From Macrostomum hystrix (Eukaryota > Animalia > Platyhelminthes): 64,000 nucleotides of DNA. The DNA lies in the NCBI GenBank assembly GCA_950097015.1, contig CATNEN010000013.1, positions 434,001 through 498,000 on the forward strand. Reading direction: 5' to 3'. The notes under the pieces are model-generated. The model was not told the origin of the DNA and ran no database searches. It saw only the letters and a program-made list of their open reading frames with translations. Shown here one piece after another: positions 62,403-64,000 of this stretch (position 1 is its first letter; the number at the start of each line of letters is the position of its first letter). A program made the translations under genes and the position numbers.

Positions 62403-64000
62403 ATGGCAGGCAGGACTGCCCCAGACCTGCTGGGAAGGCACAACACCACCCAGGCCGGAGCTGAGTTCGCCCTGCCACCAACCATCAAGCAGATGCGAGG
62501 TGAGCCTCCCATTGCTTTATGCGAGGATCGTTGAATAAGTTAACGAATAACTCAAACGGGCTCTGGTTAGCAGTAGAAAGTCCACTGTCTTCAGGCGCTA
62601 AAAAATTCTGCTCTATCCGATGACAAGAATCGCTGATTATCTCGACGATTTTGACGTCGGACGGTTAGTGAGTTCAAGTTGGTTCATCGTTAAGGGTGGA
62701 AAATTAGGAACCATGAATATGGTGGATTTAAAAATATAAGTCTTAATTTTCCAATTGTAACGAAAAATTAATCGGGGAAGTAGCCTAGGGGCTAGCGGGG
62801 TAGTAGCCTAGTGGCTAGCGGGGTAGTAGCCTAGTGGCTAGCGGGGTAGTAGCCTAGTGGCTATCGGGGTAGTAGCCTAGTGGCTAGCGGGGTAGTAGCC
62901 TAGTGGCTAGCGGGGTAGTAGCCTAGTGGCTATCGGGGTAGTAGCCTAGTGGCTAGCGGGGTAGTAGCCTAGTGGCTATCGGGGTAGTAGCCCAGTGGCT
63001 ATCGGGGTAGTAGCCTAGTGGCTAGCGGGGTAGTAGCCTAGTGGCTATCGGGGTAGTAGCCTAGTGGCTAGCGGGGTAGTAGCCTAGTGGCTAGCGGGGT
63101 AGTAGCCCAGTGGCTATCGGGGTAGTAGCCCAGTGGCTATCGGGGTAGTAGCCCAGTGGCTATCGGGGTAGTAGCCCAGTGGCTATCGGGGTAGTAGCCC
63201 AGTGGCTATCGGGGTAGTAGCCTAGTGGCTATCGGGGTAGTAGCCCAGTGGCTAGCGGGGTAGTAGCCTTGGGGCTATCGGGGTAGTAGCCCAGTGGCTA
63301 TCGGGGTAGTAGCCCAGTGGCTATCGGGGTAGTAGCCCAGTGGCTATCGGGGTAGTAGCCCAGTGGCTATCGGGGTAGTAGCCCAGTGGCTATCGGGGTA
63401 GTAGCCCAGTGGCTATCGGGGTAGTAGCCTTGGGGCTATCGGGGTAGTAGCCCAGTGGCTATCGGGGTAGTAGCCTTGGGGCTATCGGGGTAGTAGCCCA
63501 GTGGCTATCGGGGTAGTAGCCGAGGGGCAATCGGGGTAGTAGCCCAGTGGCTATCGGGGTAGTAGCCCAGTGGCTATCTGGGTAGTAGCCTAGGGGCTAT
63601 CGGGGTAGTAGCCTAGTGGCTATCGGGGTAGTAGCCTAGTGGCTATCGGGGTAGTAGCCTAGTGGCTATCGGGGTAGTAGCCTAGGGGCTATCGGGGTAG
63701 TAGCCTTGGGGCTATCGGGGTAGTAGCCCAGTGGCTATCGGGGTAGTAGCCCAGTGGCTATCGGGGTAGTAGCCTAGTGATTAGGGCGTCGGATTCACGA
63801 CTTAAAGGTCGGGGGTTCGATTCCCTAATCCACTGGAACAATTTGTGTCCTTCAGCAAGACACTTAAGTCTGCATTGCTTTGCATGTGCTGTCGGCTGCA
63901 CATCTGGCCCAATCGGGGCTGGTCTATCAGCTATTACTGCTTTTATTAATATCATTATTCCACAGGCAACCGCGGAGACGCGATGCTTTTCACCCAGATG
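62403..64000 (+). CDS. 5' part of an unidentified gene; exons 62403-62499 and 63966 to beyond the window
   Basis: MAGRTAPDLLGRHNTTQAGAEFALPPTIKQMR|G NRGDAMLFTQM; gtgagc donor and ttccacag acceptor are phase-compatible. Confidence 0.5.
62566..62770. mobile_element. Internally deleted copy of the MITE-like element at 36921-37395 (inverted)
   Basis: gaatcgctgattatctcgacgat..gacgtcggacgg..gttcatcgttaagggtggaaaatt is the reverse complement of 36950-37030. Confidence 0.65.
62773..63765 (+). repeat. 23-bp satellite (about 43 units) derived from the SINE family B A-box
   Basis: Unit ggggtagtagcc(t/c)agtggcta(t/g)c runs seamlessly into the SINE head. Confidence 0.95.
63765..63930 (+). mobile_element. 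tRNA-derived SINE family B (internally deleted)
   Basis: gtagcctagtgattagggcgtcggattcacgacttaaaggtcgggggttcgattccc..cagcaagacacttaa..gctgtcggctgcacatctggcccaat. Confidence 0.85.

Overview
Eukaryotic (metazoan) genomic DNA: GT-AG spliced genes with GC-rich exons, AT-rich spacers, and about 17 tandem-repeat arrays totalling roughly 20 kb (about 30%). The style suggests a flatworm such as Macrostomum, but this is inference and was not verified. Genes built by hand from the sequence: a minus-strand trio of UVRAG (5 exons), LAMTOR2 and a BLOC1S3-like coiled-coil ORF; two near-identical Ly6/uPAR (quiver-like) genes; a THAP-domain ORF; an importin-alpha-like gene lacking an IBB domain; a 6-exon p70 S6 kinase; an actin with a TATA plus 2x CArG promoter; three small single-pass membrane proteins ending in PP[ST]YEEA; a Q-rich 4-exon gene; and the start of a plus-strand gene at the right edge. 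Mobile DNA: a decayed IS630/Tc1 transposon with long TIRs, a P-element relic, two tRNA-derived SINE families and a TTAA-flanked MITE. Most interesting: (1) LAMTOR2 has no in-frame ATG but two in-frame acceptors, so it may depend on a spliced-leader AUG within a possible endolysosomal operon; (2) a tandem family of PPxY (one also PTAP) membrane microproteins; (3) an S6K predicted to end in a CaaX box; (4) a satellite amplified from a SINE Pol III A-box. Very long ORFs over satellites are artefacts.
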